DNA of 64,000 nt from Hydrolagus affinis (Eukaryota): positions 62,001 to 126,000 of the forward strand of contig JAAILG010000163.1 of assembly GCA_012026655.1 (NCBI GenBank), in the 5' to 3' direction. This document shows positions 37,616 through 50,256 of the stretch, in pieces. The translations under genes and the position numbers were made by a program. Below the pieces are notes generated by a model. That model was not told the origin of the DNA, made no database searches, and worked only from the letters and a program-made list of their open reading frames with translations. The stretch's first letter is position 1. Each line of letters opens with the position of its first letter.

Positions 37616-39849
37616 ATATCAGTACATATTCCTGTTTCTTTAATGGAAATTGTAAAATATAATTGATATACAGTTTGCAAACAAGAGACTACATTTGTTA
37701 CACAATATAATTCACACACTACTTTTGTATAACGTAATATTTAAAAACACAACATGGTCGTTCATTTAAATGAAATTGAAGAGATGTCTGGCTGAGAAAT
37801 GCTTTAACCTGGTGCATTGCAGATTTATTTTAAGAGGCTCACGAAGCAAATGCACAACACAATCTGGGTTACATTAGTGGCTCGCGGCCTCTTACTGTGA
37901 CCTGCTGTTAAATTGGATCAGACCTTACCCAGAAGATGGTGCTAAATTTTCTGCTTTGATCCAAAGACTGACGGGGGTCTGGTTTTGGCGGGAACACCAG
38001 AGGAATCCATTTTGTTCCCTTAGCCCTTTTTAACGCACGTGATGAATGAGTTACCATTTCTCTTCATTTTAGACCCGTTAAGGTTTCTGTTTCCTCTCCG
38101 TTCACCTCCTCGCTCGGTGGCAGGTGGCTGCTATTTTGCTGTGTCCAAGGCCCGAACGGCGCAGATATTTCTGCAAAAATTAAGGCAGGAGCCGGCTGAA
38201 TTGAATTGAGATTTATATCCTAAACAAAGATGTTACTGCCCTGTGAACGAAAGTGTAAAGGTGTAATGCACTTTGGGGGGGAATCACTTTCTTTAAGCCG
38301 TGACGCAGGAGTTGGCTGTAGAAGTATACAGATGAAAAATTGTCAATGGAAGGTAACCAGTAACTAATGCAATAGAGTTCTTGACGGATTGTATATGATA
38401 CAATTTGATGATGCAGTATAATAATAGGATTTCAACAAAATAATTGTATTTAAAGATTTCAGTGTAATGGGGCTTGTGCGCTTCATTTGTTCGGCCGTTG
38501 ATCTTGAATCTTACAACGTGGCTGAGTATTATTCAAACCACAATGTTGGGGATGAAACCTTCACTACATGAGAAATTTAAAGTGGAGTTGTAGCTTATCC
38601 TGGAAGAAAAAGAATGTTAAAAAAAAACGATTGGACTATGTTCCATCAACACTTTGGAAAGGGAACAAAAGACTGTCATGTTTGATAGAATTTGCCAGTA
38701 GGGTTGGTAATCATGTTTTTTTTGGTTTAATTGTGTTTGTTTTTCGTTCTGTTTCTGGTAATGAAATAAATAATCCGCAAAGAAAATGTATTAAATCACT
38801 GATAAATTAAAATGACCGTTCCCCGGGAAGCATTCGGAGGCTGAAAAAAAAGCTTTTCATCTTCTGATTAAAAAGAAACAAATTGAACCAGAATTTCAGA
38901 CAGCAAGTTTTTATTAGTATAACATCTGCGTGGATGGCAAATCAATCCACTGCTGCTAACTTTTAATAAATGTCCTTGTGATTTTCTTCTTTTCAGCCTA
39001 AGTAAGTTTATCTTTCACTTTGTATTTTTACTTTGCATTTCATCCTTTCCACATGGATTGTGTTTAATACCCATAACTGTGGGATCATTCCATTATTAAT
39101 TACCGTTTTTTTTTAAAAAAGTCATAAATATTTCTGAGAAACACTAATCAACTAAAAGTAGTTTGTGACGATCTCCAGCTTGGAAAATGTGCGACAGCCC
39201 TGAAATAAATATATTTGGAAAGGTTTCATTGAATTTTTGTTACCATAAAAAGCAAAGTATCTAAAGTCAGAAGTTTAGTGGTTCTTTGGAAGTTTGAATC
39301 TTTCCCTTGTTATTTTCTTCTCCAGTGCTGTTTCAACATAGTAATCTGGGTATATTACACAATTAGTACAGAAAATGTTTTGAAGTTCACTTCTTTGTTT
39401 GTCTTTGGGAAAGATCCTTGAACTAAGACATTAAGAGCGTAAATTCATCATTATAATTTATTGTTCTGCAAAAGGAATTGCCTTCAGTTATTGTGGGAAC
39501 TGTGTTATTTAAAATGTGACTTGGCTGACATTTCAGGCCAGCAGCTTGCTCAAAAGAAACAGCCTTACTTTTGAAATTGGTTGTCAATTTTTTATTATTC
39601 CACAGTTAACATCTTGAACCAGGGTAAAATATTGAAAAATGTATAAATTATTTTAATAGGCTTCATAAAAATATATTACAGCTCATCTCCTCCTTACAGG
39701 AAAAAAAATAAATTGCATCAAAGGATTTGTAGCTTTATGCTATGAATTTTATTTACTACATTGCGTTCTTTTTCCTTTTTATTTTGCATGTTTGCCAAGG
39801 TGAAGGACATTGGTGCTGGAGACTTCCTTCTTGCACCCACTTGCTTCTT

Positions 39850-40171
39850 ATAATAATATAACAATCCTTGTTTTTGATATAGCACTTTACATGTCTTCTA
39901 GACGTCTCAAAGCGCTTCAGAGAATATACTGTAAAGTGAATTGACTATATATGTATATGTGTGAGCGAAATGCGGAAGCTATTTGCGCACAGCAGTGTCC
40001 CATAAGCAGTTGAGGATTGAAATGACCAATTTTATTATTGTTTTTTTTGGAGAGATTATTATTAGGTGTGTGGAGTAAGGAAACTTGCCCAAGGTTTCAC
40101 CCTGCCTGAAATTGAACCCAGGGTCTCTCACTTGTAAGGTGAGTGCTCCAACCACTGAGCTATAGGACTCC
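39850..40171 (-). mobile_element. full-length tRNA-derived SINE (young family)
   Basis: Minus strand starts ggagtcctatagctcagtggttggagcactc..ctgggttcaatttcagg and is colinear with 26616-26923; decayed 17-bp target-site duplication. Confidence 0.95.
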
Positions 40172-40309
40172 TTATACCCGCTAACTTCAAGAGGCATGTC
40201 CAGAGTGGGTCTCACACAGGCACTGTTCCTCATCAATACTCTCCCGACACTGTCCTTCAACCTTAAGTCAGAAGAGTACCAAGTAATGTACTCCACCACT
40301 ATCCATTTC

Positions 40310-40395
40310 CCATCTAGAAGACATGAGAAGCGCTATATCAAATGCAAGGATTATTCTTATTCTTAAGAATAAGAATATTCTTATTCTTCTTATTA
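40310..40395 (+). mobile_element. SINE 3' tail with expanded simple repeat
   Basis: aagcgctatatcaaatgcaaggattattcttattctt... Confidence 0.8.
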
Positions 40396-41839
40396 TGAAT
40401 ATATTCTCTGTGAACTCTAGACCGCTAATTTTCAATGCTTCAGAAGCTCTGGGCATCAGTAGATAAAAACCCCAATTCTAGAAGAACTTTTGTTACCATA
40501 AAAAGCAAAGTATCAAGAGTGAGTTTCAGAACATTAAATGACATTAAATGACACTAACCAATCATTTATCAATCACCCCTTTCTTAACTCTGCCTCCTGT
40601 TTCTCACACGCCACGCTTGCTCGCACTAAGTATTATTCTGCAGCCTAGAGCATCTGCTCCCAGGCTTTTCTGTCCTGGTGTTGCTCTTGATCTGCCCACA
40701 GGAGATGCTTAAGAAATAGCTTTGGCACTCCTGTACAAAACAGTGAGTCAGATGAGTTGCAGTCACTCTTCCTTTAATTGATGCTTATAAGAAGTACAGG
40801 AATCTGAAATAACTCCACAGTCATAGATAGGCATTAGAACATTCCATAGTTTATCCGTAGCTTTTTATTTTAAACGTATAAATGGCAATACAGTTCTAAA
40901 TAGTCCCTTTGTGCACGCATCTTATTATTTCTGAAAAGGTATCACCGACCACCAGCCAAACATGAAAGTCTGTAGTCGCTTGTCTCTTTGAAGTTCAGGG
41001 CTGCTCTGAGGGATTTGACGGAAAATCTGGACAATATTAATCAGTAATTGCATAACTCTTTCAGCTTGTCTGAGGGGACAGAGAAGTTTGATCAAATTCC
41101 TGGGAAAGAGGCAAAGCAGAAATCCTCGAACCGGCTTCATGAGATGTTCTTCCATCACGGTGTCTGTGATTGGCGTGAGCTCTCAATGACTGTCTGTGAT
41201 AATGATGGCTTCTGCAATGGTGTCCTGAACTTTGTGAAACATTTTTTGTCACGGGCAGTTTTGTGAATGAAACCTGAAACCACAGAACGGTGAGCACATT
41301 TCAGAAGCCACTCAAGTCACTTATTGCAGTCGTGCATATGGCATTTATTACATTTTATTTTTCTTTCTTTAATTTAATGCCATGCGCATATCGGGGTCAA
41401 ATAAAGAATAAAGCAAATGTGTTTACATTTATAAAGATCAGTGTTGGTTCAGCATTAGTGATTAGAGGCCAACTATACCCATTAGATAAACAATTCTGTT
41501 CAAATTTACAATTAAACCGTGAACGAGAGGGAATACATGTTATGGTACGAGAGATGATACCGAAAGCTGTTAACATCGGAAAGCTTTAAATTCAGAAACT
41601 AACTCAGCAATTATCTTTGGCTAAATCATTCGAAAGGTTTACTGTGTTGGAAGGGTTATCAGGCAAATTCCCATCGGTCGATGCAGCTGATAAACAGAAG
41701 GCTTTATCGAGGCTCTGCTTGACCTAACATCCCTGATAACTTCACCAATAAACTGAATCTGATCTGTCAGGATTGTGCATATTTGCAAATTTGCATATTT
41801 CTAAATGTTGCTGGAAAAAAAATCCTAATTTTTTTTTGA

Positions 41840-41960
41840 AGCACTCCCATCTCACTTTACATCTCGGAATCCCTCCAAAGCCGGCTTTGAACTTCCATGT
41901 TCAAAGCCTGCATCAAGACTTCCTTGTTGTCTACACTTTTGGTCATCTCCTAAAATACTG
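41840..41960 (+). mobile_element. old L2 3' remnant
   Basis: atctcggaatccctccaaag..cttttggtcatctcctaa resembles the L2 WNSLP region and downstream UTR. Confidence 0.4.
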
Positions 41961-42252
41961 TAGGAGAGGGCTTCTTTCCCATAGTGCCATATACCGATTT
42001 TACAGCAGGTGGAAGCCCGACACAAAGCGAGGTGTTTGCACAGAGTCTAACACCAGTGAAAGCTGAGCAGATATTCAGACCCACAGAGTTTGATATTATT
42101 CACCCATAGAGCAAGAACTATCGGGCAGAAATGACCTTGTAAAAGTAGTGAAGGAATGCGGCTCTCCAAACAGATACAGGACTCTCATCCATAAAAGTCA
42201 GTCTTTAGTGTCAATAGATCTTCTCAAGGGTGATCTTAAATAAATTTGCGGG

Positions 42253-42385
42253 GACAAGTTTGCGGGGTTATGAGGGGAGAGCTGGGGAGTGCAATTGAGT
42301 TGAGTAGCTCTTTTCAAAGAGCCGGCACAGACTCGATGGGTCGAATGGCCTCCTCTTGTGTTGAAAAATTCTGTGAGTCCATGAA
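42253..42385 (+). mobile_element. CR1 3' terminus
   Basis: agctcttttcaaagagccggcacagactcgatgggtcgaatggcctcctcttgtg..ttctgtgagtccatga is a typical CR1 3' hairpin plus terminal repeat. Confidence 0.8.
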
Positions 42386-42599
42386 ATAGGTTTCATTACA
42401 TCCCTAAACTTCAGGGACCACTGTATGAAGCATTATGAGGATGCAGTTGGATTGAGAGTTGTCGACTGTTGTTTCCACCCACATCTCCATTTATTTCATT
42501 CAAAGATTGAAAATGCCAGGACCGAGATGCAAATTAAAACAATTTCTATTTGAATGGAAATTTGCCATTCTGTAATGGAAGTGTGCTGTTAATACTCCT

Positions 42600-42735
42600 G
42601 CTGATAATAATCTTTGCATTTGATATAACGCCTTATCACATCGTTGAAACCACTCGAAGGACTGGCAAGTGCAGTGACTGTGTATATTTGCAGGCTAATG
42701 TGGTAGCCAATTTGTGTCCTACAAACAGCCATATT
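42600..42735 (-). mobile_element. SINE 3' fragment
   Basis: ataataatctttgcatttgatataacgccttatcacatc..gtgactgtgtattt..gtggtagccaattt. Confidence 0.8.
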
Positions 42736-43852
42736 AGTGTCAGTTTCAGGTCAAAGTTAATCTCTGCAATTGGATTTCTATTGAGTAAAATGCAGCAATA
42801 TGGATTCACATAAATTTGCACTTATCATTCTGGGGGAGATATCACTGGGTACTGGACTCAGTGGCATAACATGATTTGCAATACAGTTGACAATGCTGAC
42901 TACATCTGGTGCTTATTTCACACCATGTTTTCCTGAAAGCATTCATCTTTTCCAGCAGGGATAACTGATGGGAAGAAAATGCAGTTTTGACACTTGTCTC
43001 TCTTTCCCTGCAGCAATGCAGCAAGCACAACTGATGCAGGGGAAGTGAACAAATCGTTTTCTATGCCTCTCGTTTTATGGAGCGTAGAGATGAGAGGACT
43101 TGGTGGGAGGAAGGCCAGGAAGCAAGGAAGAAAGATTTGGGCAAAAAATGGCCCCCAAATTTTTTTTTCAAAATCTGCTGCAGATTTAGCTTTCGGTTGA
43201 ATAAGCCAGTTTTTTTTAATTGCAATGTGCCTTTTTTAAAACCCTGTATGGAAAATCATCATCTGTTAACGCATATCCAGTGTTTTGTTTGAAATCACTA
43301 CACTATAGAGTATCTGGAATGCATAAAATAGGTATACAAACGGCTACATCTCCAACCTCTCAAACTAAAACCACCTGTTTGTCTGACACGTCCTCAAAGA
43401 ATTCTTTCCTTAAATTTCAGGCACGTTCACATTTAATTGAAGTATTAAGAACTTAGTTTACACTGGACCCTTCGCAACTGACATGCACTGAAGGTAATGT
43501 GTTTTTTTTAACGGGATCTTCGTAAAGTCATTTTAAATTATGTTTACTACCGTATATACCTTCTTGAATCTGCCACAGTGAAATATTGCACTGTAAAAAG
43601 AAAATTGAACAATGGAAGAAATATGTGGCCGTAAATATTTTTAGAAGTGCCAATTTAACAAAACAAAACACCACGGATTTCACTTACATCAACTGTTTTT
43701 GGCCTACATAATTTTATGTCCTATGTTTCCAATCAAACTAAATGTCCTATTAAAGAACCCCACAAAAAATGATCCTGGATTTAGTGTTTTCTGACCACTG
43801 GCAGTAAAGCTCATCTCGTTTTTTTTCTTAAGGTACAAAGAGCAAAGTCATC

Positions 43853-43962
43853 ATAATGATATTAATAATCCTTGCATTTGATATAGCGCCTTATCACATT
43901 ACTGGGAAGTCCCAAAGCGCTTCACAGTATATATTATATATGGACTGTGTATTTTTGCGGGT
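43853..43962 (-). mobile_element. SINE 3' fragment
   Basis: aataatccttgcatttgatatagcgccttatcac..caaagcgcttcacag. Confidence 0.85.
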
Positions 43963-45829
43963 GTTACTCTGTTTCATTACTATGTTATCTTGTGGATTTT
44001 ATTCAAAGACTGGAGCAGTTTACAAATGTGGAGTCTAAGGAAAGGTTGCTGTGCTAACATTCTCACCCTGTACAGTAAAATGCTGCAGGATTGTCACATA
44101 AGAATGCTGCAGAATTGTTGGAAAATTCTTAAATTTCAAGCTAAATTCAGACGGTCGCTCTTATTTAAGAACCGGCTTCTGAGTTAACACTGAATCGTAA
44201 GTATTTTCCACGGTTCTGAGCAACCTCTGGCCCTTAAAGTTGCAAGCAAACAAGCGGGACTTGAATAAGATAGATTAAGCGGTCAGGAATATACTGCGCT
44301 GGGAAACACCAGCGCTTCTGCACAATTTGGGTGAATGCATGTGTGTAATTATTTAGAGTTTGTTTCTGAAAGCATTCTTTTGTGTCGGCTACACAGACGC
44401 TCCCTGTAGCTTGGCGATGGGACTTGAAACATGCCCAATGCTGTCGCTTGCCAATAGGCCCCACTGTGGCTACAAATTCAGTGGTGTCTAGTGGCCCACA
44501 GGGGCACTTTCGCTGCATAAATACATTTCCCCTCGCTTTGCAGGCACTGCCCTGCTTTAATTTTTATAATTTCATCGAATCAATTTTCTTTTGACTACTA
44601 TTAAACTCTGCAAGCACCATCTCCCTGAAGACTGGAACCTGGTTAATGTCCTCAGTAAAAGTTGTTGTGCTCAGTGTGATGGTGTAGCAAGAGTATGAAT
44701 AAAGAGGCTAATATGGTACATTCTTATTTCTCGCAGTTTTATTTTCAGATTTCACCTTTGTTGTTTTTTAATGTTCGCAGCTGAGCTTGTTTCTTCTGCT
44801 AGTGTTCCAGCTGAATACACCATGAGAGGGGGTTTGAATGATTTGTTTCGTACGATATAAAAACCAGTTCTTGGACCTATCTCTCTCTTTTTTTTAAAAA
44901 AAGAGGACATTGTAACATGAAAATACGCTTCTATCTGTTAAATCAGATCGTCCTATTCAGCACTGGAGTCATCGATCTTTAATCAAATCTCAGTAAGGCC
45001 AGTGGTGTTGCACATCTGTTCATCCTGCCAGTGAATTCGCAGCAGACTCCGTATCAATGCATCATGTTTGTAATGTCGCCAAACTTTAACGCATGCAATC
45101 TCTTGCTGCCGACTCAAGATGGAGGGCTTCCATTTAATGCAGTTGATGCAGAAAATGGCTGTGAGGTCAGATTATTACGAATATCACACTGAGAAAGCGC
45201 ACAGGACCTGCGTATGCTTCCTGCTGATTCATGCTCCCGTTTCCCAAAGAATGAAAGAAAACAAATATAATTCATCTGAAAAAATAAAACAATTTTGCCC
45301 TTAGCGTGCGCTGTTGACTGTAAGCTGCTATAAGAAATCAAATCTTATTCCCATTATTTGAATATTTGTGCCAGATCAATGTCCTTTACATTGCTGCCCT
45401 ATTAACAGATGCTTGATAGAATGTATTCACTTCGGCAAAATCAATTACGTGGCTGTTAAAGCATATCTTTACATGTTGAATTTTCGGTACATTACAGATT
45501 TTATATTCCTTCTTTCCTAAGAGTCTTAAACTCACAACAAAAAAACGGTAAAAGATTTCTATTGATTGAGTAATGTACCTGCAGACTGTAGTCTCAGACA
45601 GTATTCTCTAAGCTGCATGCAGGGAGTGCTTAAGCAGAAAGTGCACTGAATACTTTTGACCTGTATGTGTGCGTGTGTGTGTGTGTTTGTGTGTGTATGT
45701 GTGTGCGGGAGTGATACTCTATAAGCAAATAAGATGCCCAAGAATTTATGTAAGAATATATAAAATGTGCACTCTTGTTTTGTTTGTGGTTGACGAGATT
45801 AGTTTCACTGATGTCTCATGCAGGGTTGC

Positions 45830-46070
45830 TGGTCTTAATGTCAACTGGGAGAAAATGACTCAAAGGGGACCTTGCTGAGGTATATAAAATTTTAAATAGG
45901 ATTGAAAAAGTAAACCTGGATCAATACTTTAGGATGGATCAAGACGATAGAAAAAGAGGACGTAGGTTTAGAGTTGCAAAGAAAAATTTCAGGACAGATA
46001 ACACAAAGGTTTTCTTTACCCGGAGTGTAATTAATGACCGGAACAGGTTGCTAGGATGTTTGGCTGATTT
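45830..46070 (+). mobile_element. CR1 ORF2 C-terminal fragment
   Basis: GDLAEVYKILNRIEKVN..KRGRRFRV..FRTDNTKVFFTRSVINDRNRL matches the CR1 motif GDLIEVYKI..RGH..FFTQRVVN.WN.L. Confidence 0.85.
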
Positions 46071-46364
46071 TGGCTCATTACCTCACCACAAAGGTTTGGT
46101 TCGATTTGATTTCTGTGACTTTTGCATGAATTACATTTTGTATTGTGAAAATGATTTTGCTTTCTGATTCAGTTGACGTCAGCGAGGTGGTTCCTGTAAA
46201 GTCGTTCTCGCTGATGTTACAGTCATTATTGGCAATAGTCTGTGTACAACTCTTACATATATATAATTCAACTGCTTGTAAATCACAAGAAAGTAGTTTC
46301 TGGTCAAGTTACTTCAGCAGGTTGTTGTAATAAATAATGGATTCATAGCATGTATAGGTCGCTA

Positions 46365-46655
46365 GATAATAATGATGATCGCATTTGATATTGTGCTTTC
46401 CACATCACGGCATGCTGCAAATAGCCTCACAGGATTTTACTGTAAATTGTAGTGACTGTGTACTTTATAGGCGAAAGTGGCAGCCAATTTACAAACAGCA
46501 ATGACCCACAAATGGTCGTGAAACAAATGACCAATTTTACTTGTGTTGAAGAAACTCTCTTCTCTTTTCCAGCAGTGCCATAGGATCTTTAATGTTTGTC
46601 TGAACACCTCAAAACACAGTTTAACACCTCAAAAGAATGGCACCTCCGACAGTTC
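46365..46655 (-). mobile_element. Deu-SINE (head missing)
   Basis: gcatttgatat..gtggcagccaattt..cagtgccataggatctttaatg..tggcacctccgacag. Confidence 0.85.
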
Positions 46656-47774
46656 AGAGTGTTGATACGTTCAAATAATGAGAAGAGAAGCCATCTTTGG
46701 CACTGAATTAGATGCTGCTTAAATCATTTATCAAAGTCTATTTGCTATTTAGTTCATGGCTAGATTTCATCTGCATGCCGGGTTTTCTGGATCACATCTT
46801 TTCAAACTGCAATCGGTCCCTTAATTATCCCGGGCAATAATGAAAGAATGGGAAGCATTTAGAAATATGGCAATTTTCACCCCTCTGTCAAAATATTATA
46901 CTTTTTACTGAATCCTTATATAAATAATTGCCACAGTGAGCCCTAAATATGCTAATATGTTGAATATTTTAGGTTATTTTAAATAATTGTCTCTGCTCTT
47001 CATAGTGTGACTGTATTTATACTACTGTATTTTTTTTTGCAAACTCGTTTAATTCCCGAATATCTCTTTGACAAGTCAAAGGGCTGGCTTTCTGAGAAAA
47101 TATCAGTGCTTATCTGTAGAAAGTTCCAGTAATAAAGGCATTGATTAGCCTATTATAAATTTTTAAAAAGCCAATTTGATGTCGCTTATAAATCGGAAGC
47201 TGGGATCCCGGTTAACATGACAGTATACACTTGTTTGTTCCACTGGTTACACTCTCTGTACATCAATACCCATGTCACAAAGATGACTTTTCCTAACCTA
47301 CATCAATAAATATTTCTGAAAATAAGACTTTTAGAGCTGAATTATTCATAACTTATGATTAGAAGACATATTTGAGGAAACCTGATACTCATTTACAAGT
47401 ATCTTGTTTCTGGAATGTTTGTCTCTCGTCGGAGAGTTTTTTTTTCTGTCTCTCTCTCTCTCTGTCAGAGATTGTGACATTTAAATGCTATGTAGGCTTC
47501 CATATGCAAACAGTCTCCAGGTTACGTGCTGCAAAAGGTCATGCAGAGCAGGTAAAATTCCTAAATACCAACTGCGGGGATGGCTTAACTGTGAGGTGGC
47601 GGTAATAAGGTGTTGCATTCATCTGTTACGTTAAATAAACTGAGTGTGCATAGCCCAAATTACAGGAACTAGACCACAATGACCCAAACATACAAGGGAT
47701 TAATTCGTAAGAAGGCTGCATGGAATATTTTCTGGATACCTGCATAAACTCAGAACTTCTTAAATCTGCATCGT

Positions 47775-47840
47775 CCAACTCAGACTAGTTGAGCCGAGTG
47801 TTCTTTTTCCCTGTTGTATAATGCTATTTCATCCTACGTT
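47775..47840 (+). mobile_element. CR1-type 3' tail remnant
   Basis: cagactagttgagccgagtg..ctgttgtataa resembles the tail at about 42330-42365. Confidence 0.45.
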
Positions 47841-48219
47841 TTAATCCCGAAACAATGTTGAACTGAAACTGAACTTGTTTTTACCTTTTTCCTTTGGCCT
47901 ATCAACTTAAGATCCATCAATTTAAGACCCATGCTAACCAAGGAGTCAAGGCATGGACTGATTCCCAATAATGGTGGGTGATCTAATTGCCAAAGCTACA
48001 GCAATTAACTTCCAGGCAGTCTTACCTGAAACACTCTCCCTCCACTATTATAGCCACTTGCTGGGCCTCATGTAACTCTGGTGCCATTGTTTTTAATAAA
48101 TATTATCTGACCATCCAATGGTTCCAATTTTTTTTGAACAAATTGCTTAATACTAGATTCAATCTTGAAACCTTTTGAATTTAAGATTTCTTTATCAAAA
48201 TATCCTGTTGAATACTTTG

Positions 48220-48590
48220 ACCTGTAACTTGCTGATGCCCTACCAACCTGTCCGCTCTCTCCATTCAGCAGACTCTGGCTCATTCTATGTCTCCTGCCCA
48301 ACCTGGGTTACCATTGACGGCCAGGCTTTCAGCCTCTCTGCCCCCACCCTTTGGAACTCCATCCCACAATACCTTTGGTTTGCTCCTTCCCTTGCCTCCT
48401 TCACGGCCCGACTCAACACTCTTCTCTTCGACCGTGCCTTCAGCCACGCTCCTTCCCTCTCTGCCTTCCCTCGTACCAACCCTGTGGCCCCCCATCCACC
48501 ACTTGGCTCCTGACCCCTGACTGTTCAGCGTCTTGGGACGTCCTCCCAAAGTGAAAGACACTCTACAAATGTAATCTTGTTGTTTTTGTT
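48220..48590 (+). mobile_element. L2 LINE 3' fragment
   Basis: PYQPVRSLHSADSG..GQAFSLSAPTLWNSIP..SLASFTARLNTLLFDRAF is the L2 ORF2 C-terminus; tail cttgggacgtcctc..aaatgtaatcttgttgtt. Confidence 0.92.
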
Positions 48591-48749
48591 TGTGTTAATA
48601 AATCTATTTCGTCCTAAAGGATCACTTTACTATATTTCATTCATGTTGGTTAATGGATTGCTTATATGCTTAACGTACTCATGTAGGCTTTGTTTGGACA
48701 GTTAAAATATCAGATGCTTTGGATAGGAATTTACACTTTTATTGTGTTA

Positions 48750-48913
48750 AGTTTCAGTCCACAACTGTGTGTGGGGACACTGCTGTGCGCAATTGGCTGC
48801 TGTGTTTCGCCCATAAATATACAGTCAATTCACTTTAGAGTATATTCTGTGAGGCGCTTTGAGACGTCGATAAGATGTGAAAAGCGCTTATCAAATGCAA
48901 GGATTATTATTAA
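48750..48913 (+). mobile_element. 5'-truncated tRNA-SINE
   Basis: gggacactgctgtgcgcaattggctgc..cagtcaattcactttagagtatattctgtgaggcgctttgagacg..aaatgcaaggattattatt. Confidence 0.9.
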
Positions 48914-49614
48914 TATATAAGTCAGCAGTCTAACTCTTTGGCGTGCAGGAGAACACTTATACAAATGCCTTTTATTACAAGTGGACTTAATAGTTGGACC
49001 CAACACTTTTGTAAATGTGGAGCACAGCTGCTATTAAACAGCAGTTATCTTCTAATGCCTTCTATAAAACCATCTTACCCTGATTTGGGGTTTAGGAGCA
49101 GTGGCTTATAGGAGAAAACAAATGGAAGATTGTACAGTAGGAAGCTTCGAAACGGGTTACAGCTGAAGCAGAATGGAATACAAAGGACCTTTTAAAGCCA
49201 TGGAACCCCCCAAAAAGGTGCAACATAAAATTTACAAAAATGACTTTGGAATAGATTCTTACAATATCTCGGTCGCAACACAAAAACATTCTTGATGTTG
49301 GTTTTGCGACTGGATGCAGTTTCTAATAACTGTGGCTTCTAAACCAGAAATTAAGGTCATTTTAAATTCATTGGCATTAAGTATTCCATTTATTTTCCAA
49401 CAGCAGACAATGAAGGGCATTAACTGTTTGAGTTCTGTAGTCAATTTGTATTCCAGCCCCCGGGATATCAATGTATTTTCCATTCATATAAAATTCCTAG
49501 ATTGTACTTTGTAAAGTGCATGCTTGAATATTGGAAGGGAGATTGAACTTTGGAATGCTTGCATTTCTTTCTCTCATACATTTGTAATTCCTCCTCAAAT
49601 ATTCCCCCACCCCA

Positions 49615-49700
49615 TGTGCACACATGTGCGCACGCACACACACACACACACACACATACACATACACATACACACACACATACACACATCCACATCCACA
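49615..49700. repeat. (CA)n/(CATACA)n microsatellite
   Basis: Direct inspection. Confidence 0.95.
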
Positions 49701-50256
49701 CCATAGGAGAGAAAATAGAGCCGGCAGTCGTTTCATTGCTGTGGTCATTGCTGTTCTTATTATTGACCCTGGGATAGAACAATGTGGCTGACACTGAAAT
49801 TCTTTGTGTTCTTCTTTAAAAGTCCCTGTTGATAAAGGTAGCTGCAGTCGACATGAGCAGGTTTCGATTCTTTTGGCCCAAGTTCAAATCTCAGCTGCCA
49901 TTGCATATTGATTCATTGCAATAATAGTTGTTTTGCTGGTGCACGCGGGGGAATAACAGCAATACCTTCCTTTCCAATCGCACCTTTCACCAAAAACAAA
50001 TGTCTCGAAGCACGTTACATTCATTTGAAGGTAAGTCATTAGACGGGGCAGTGTGTGGTGGCAGAGAGTCCCGAGTCTGGCACTGTTCTCCTGTTCTGCA
50101 CAAGCATCTCTTGAGTTAGTTGTCCTCAAATTGTTGTTGAGTATGTGAAATACGAAGCAGTCTGGGACTGTGGTTTTCCTGGCTGGAGAAGCAATGCACC
50201 AGCCGTGAATATCTATCTACGAAGGAAAATAAACATAGATGAAAGATTTTGAAGTT

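Noticed and set aside
44478-44510. CTCF-like sequences
   Set aside because: Both candidate alignments need core mismatches or a gap
49468-49794. HTHTHT / VCVCVC ORFs
   Set aside because: Translations of the (CA)n microsatellite
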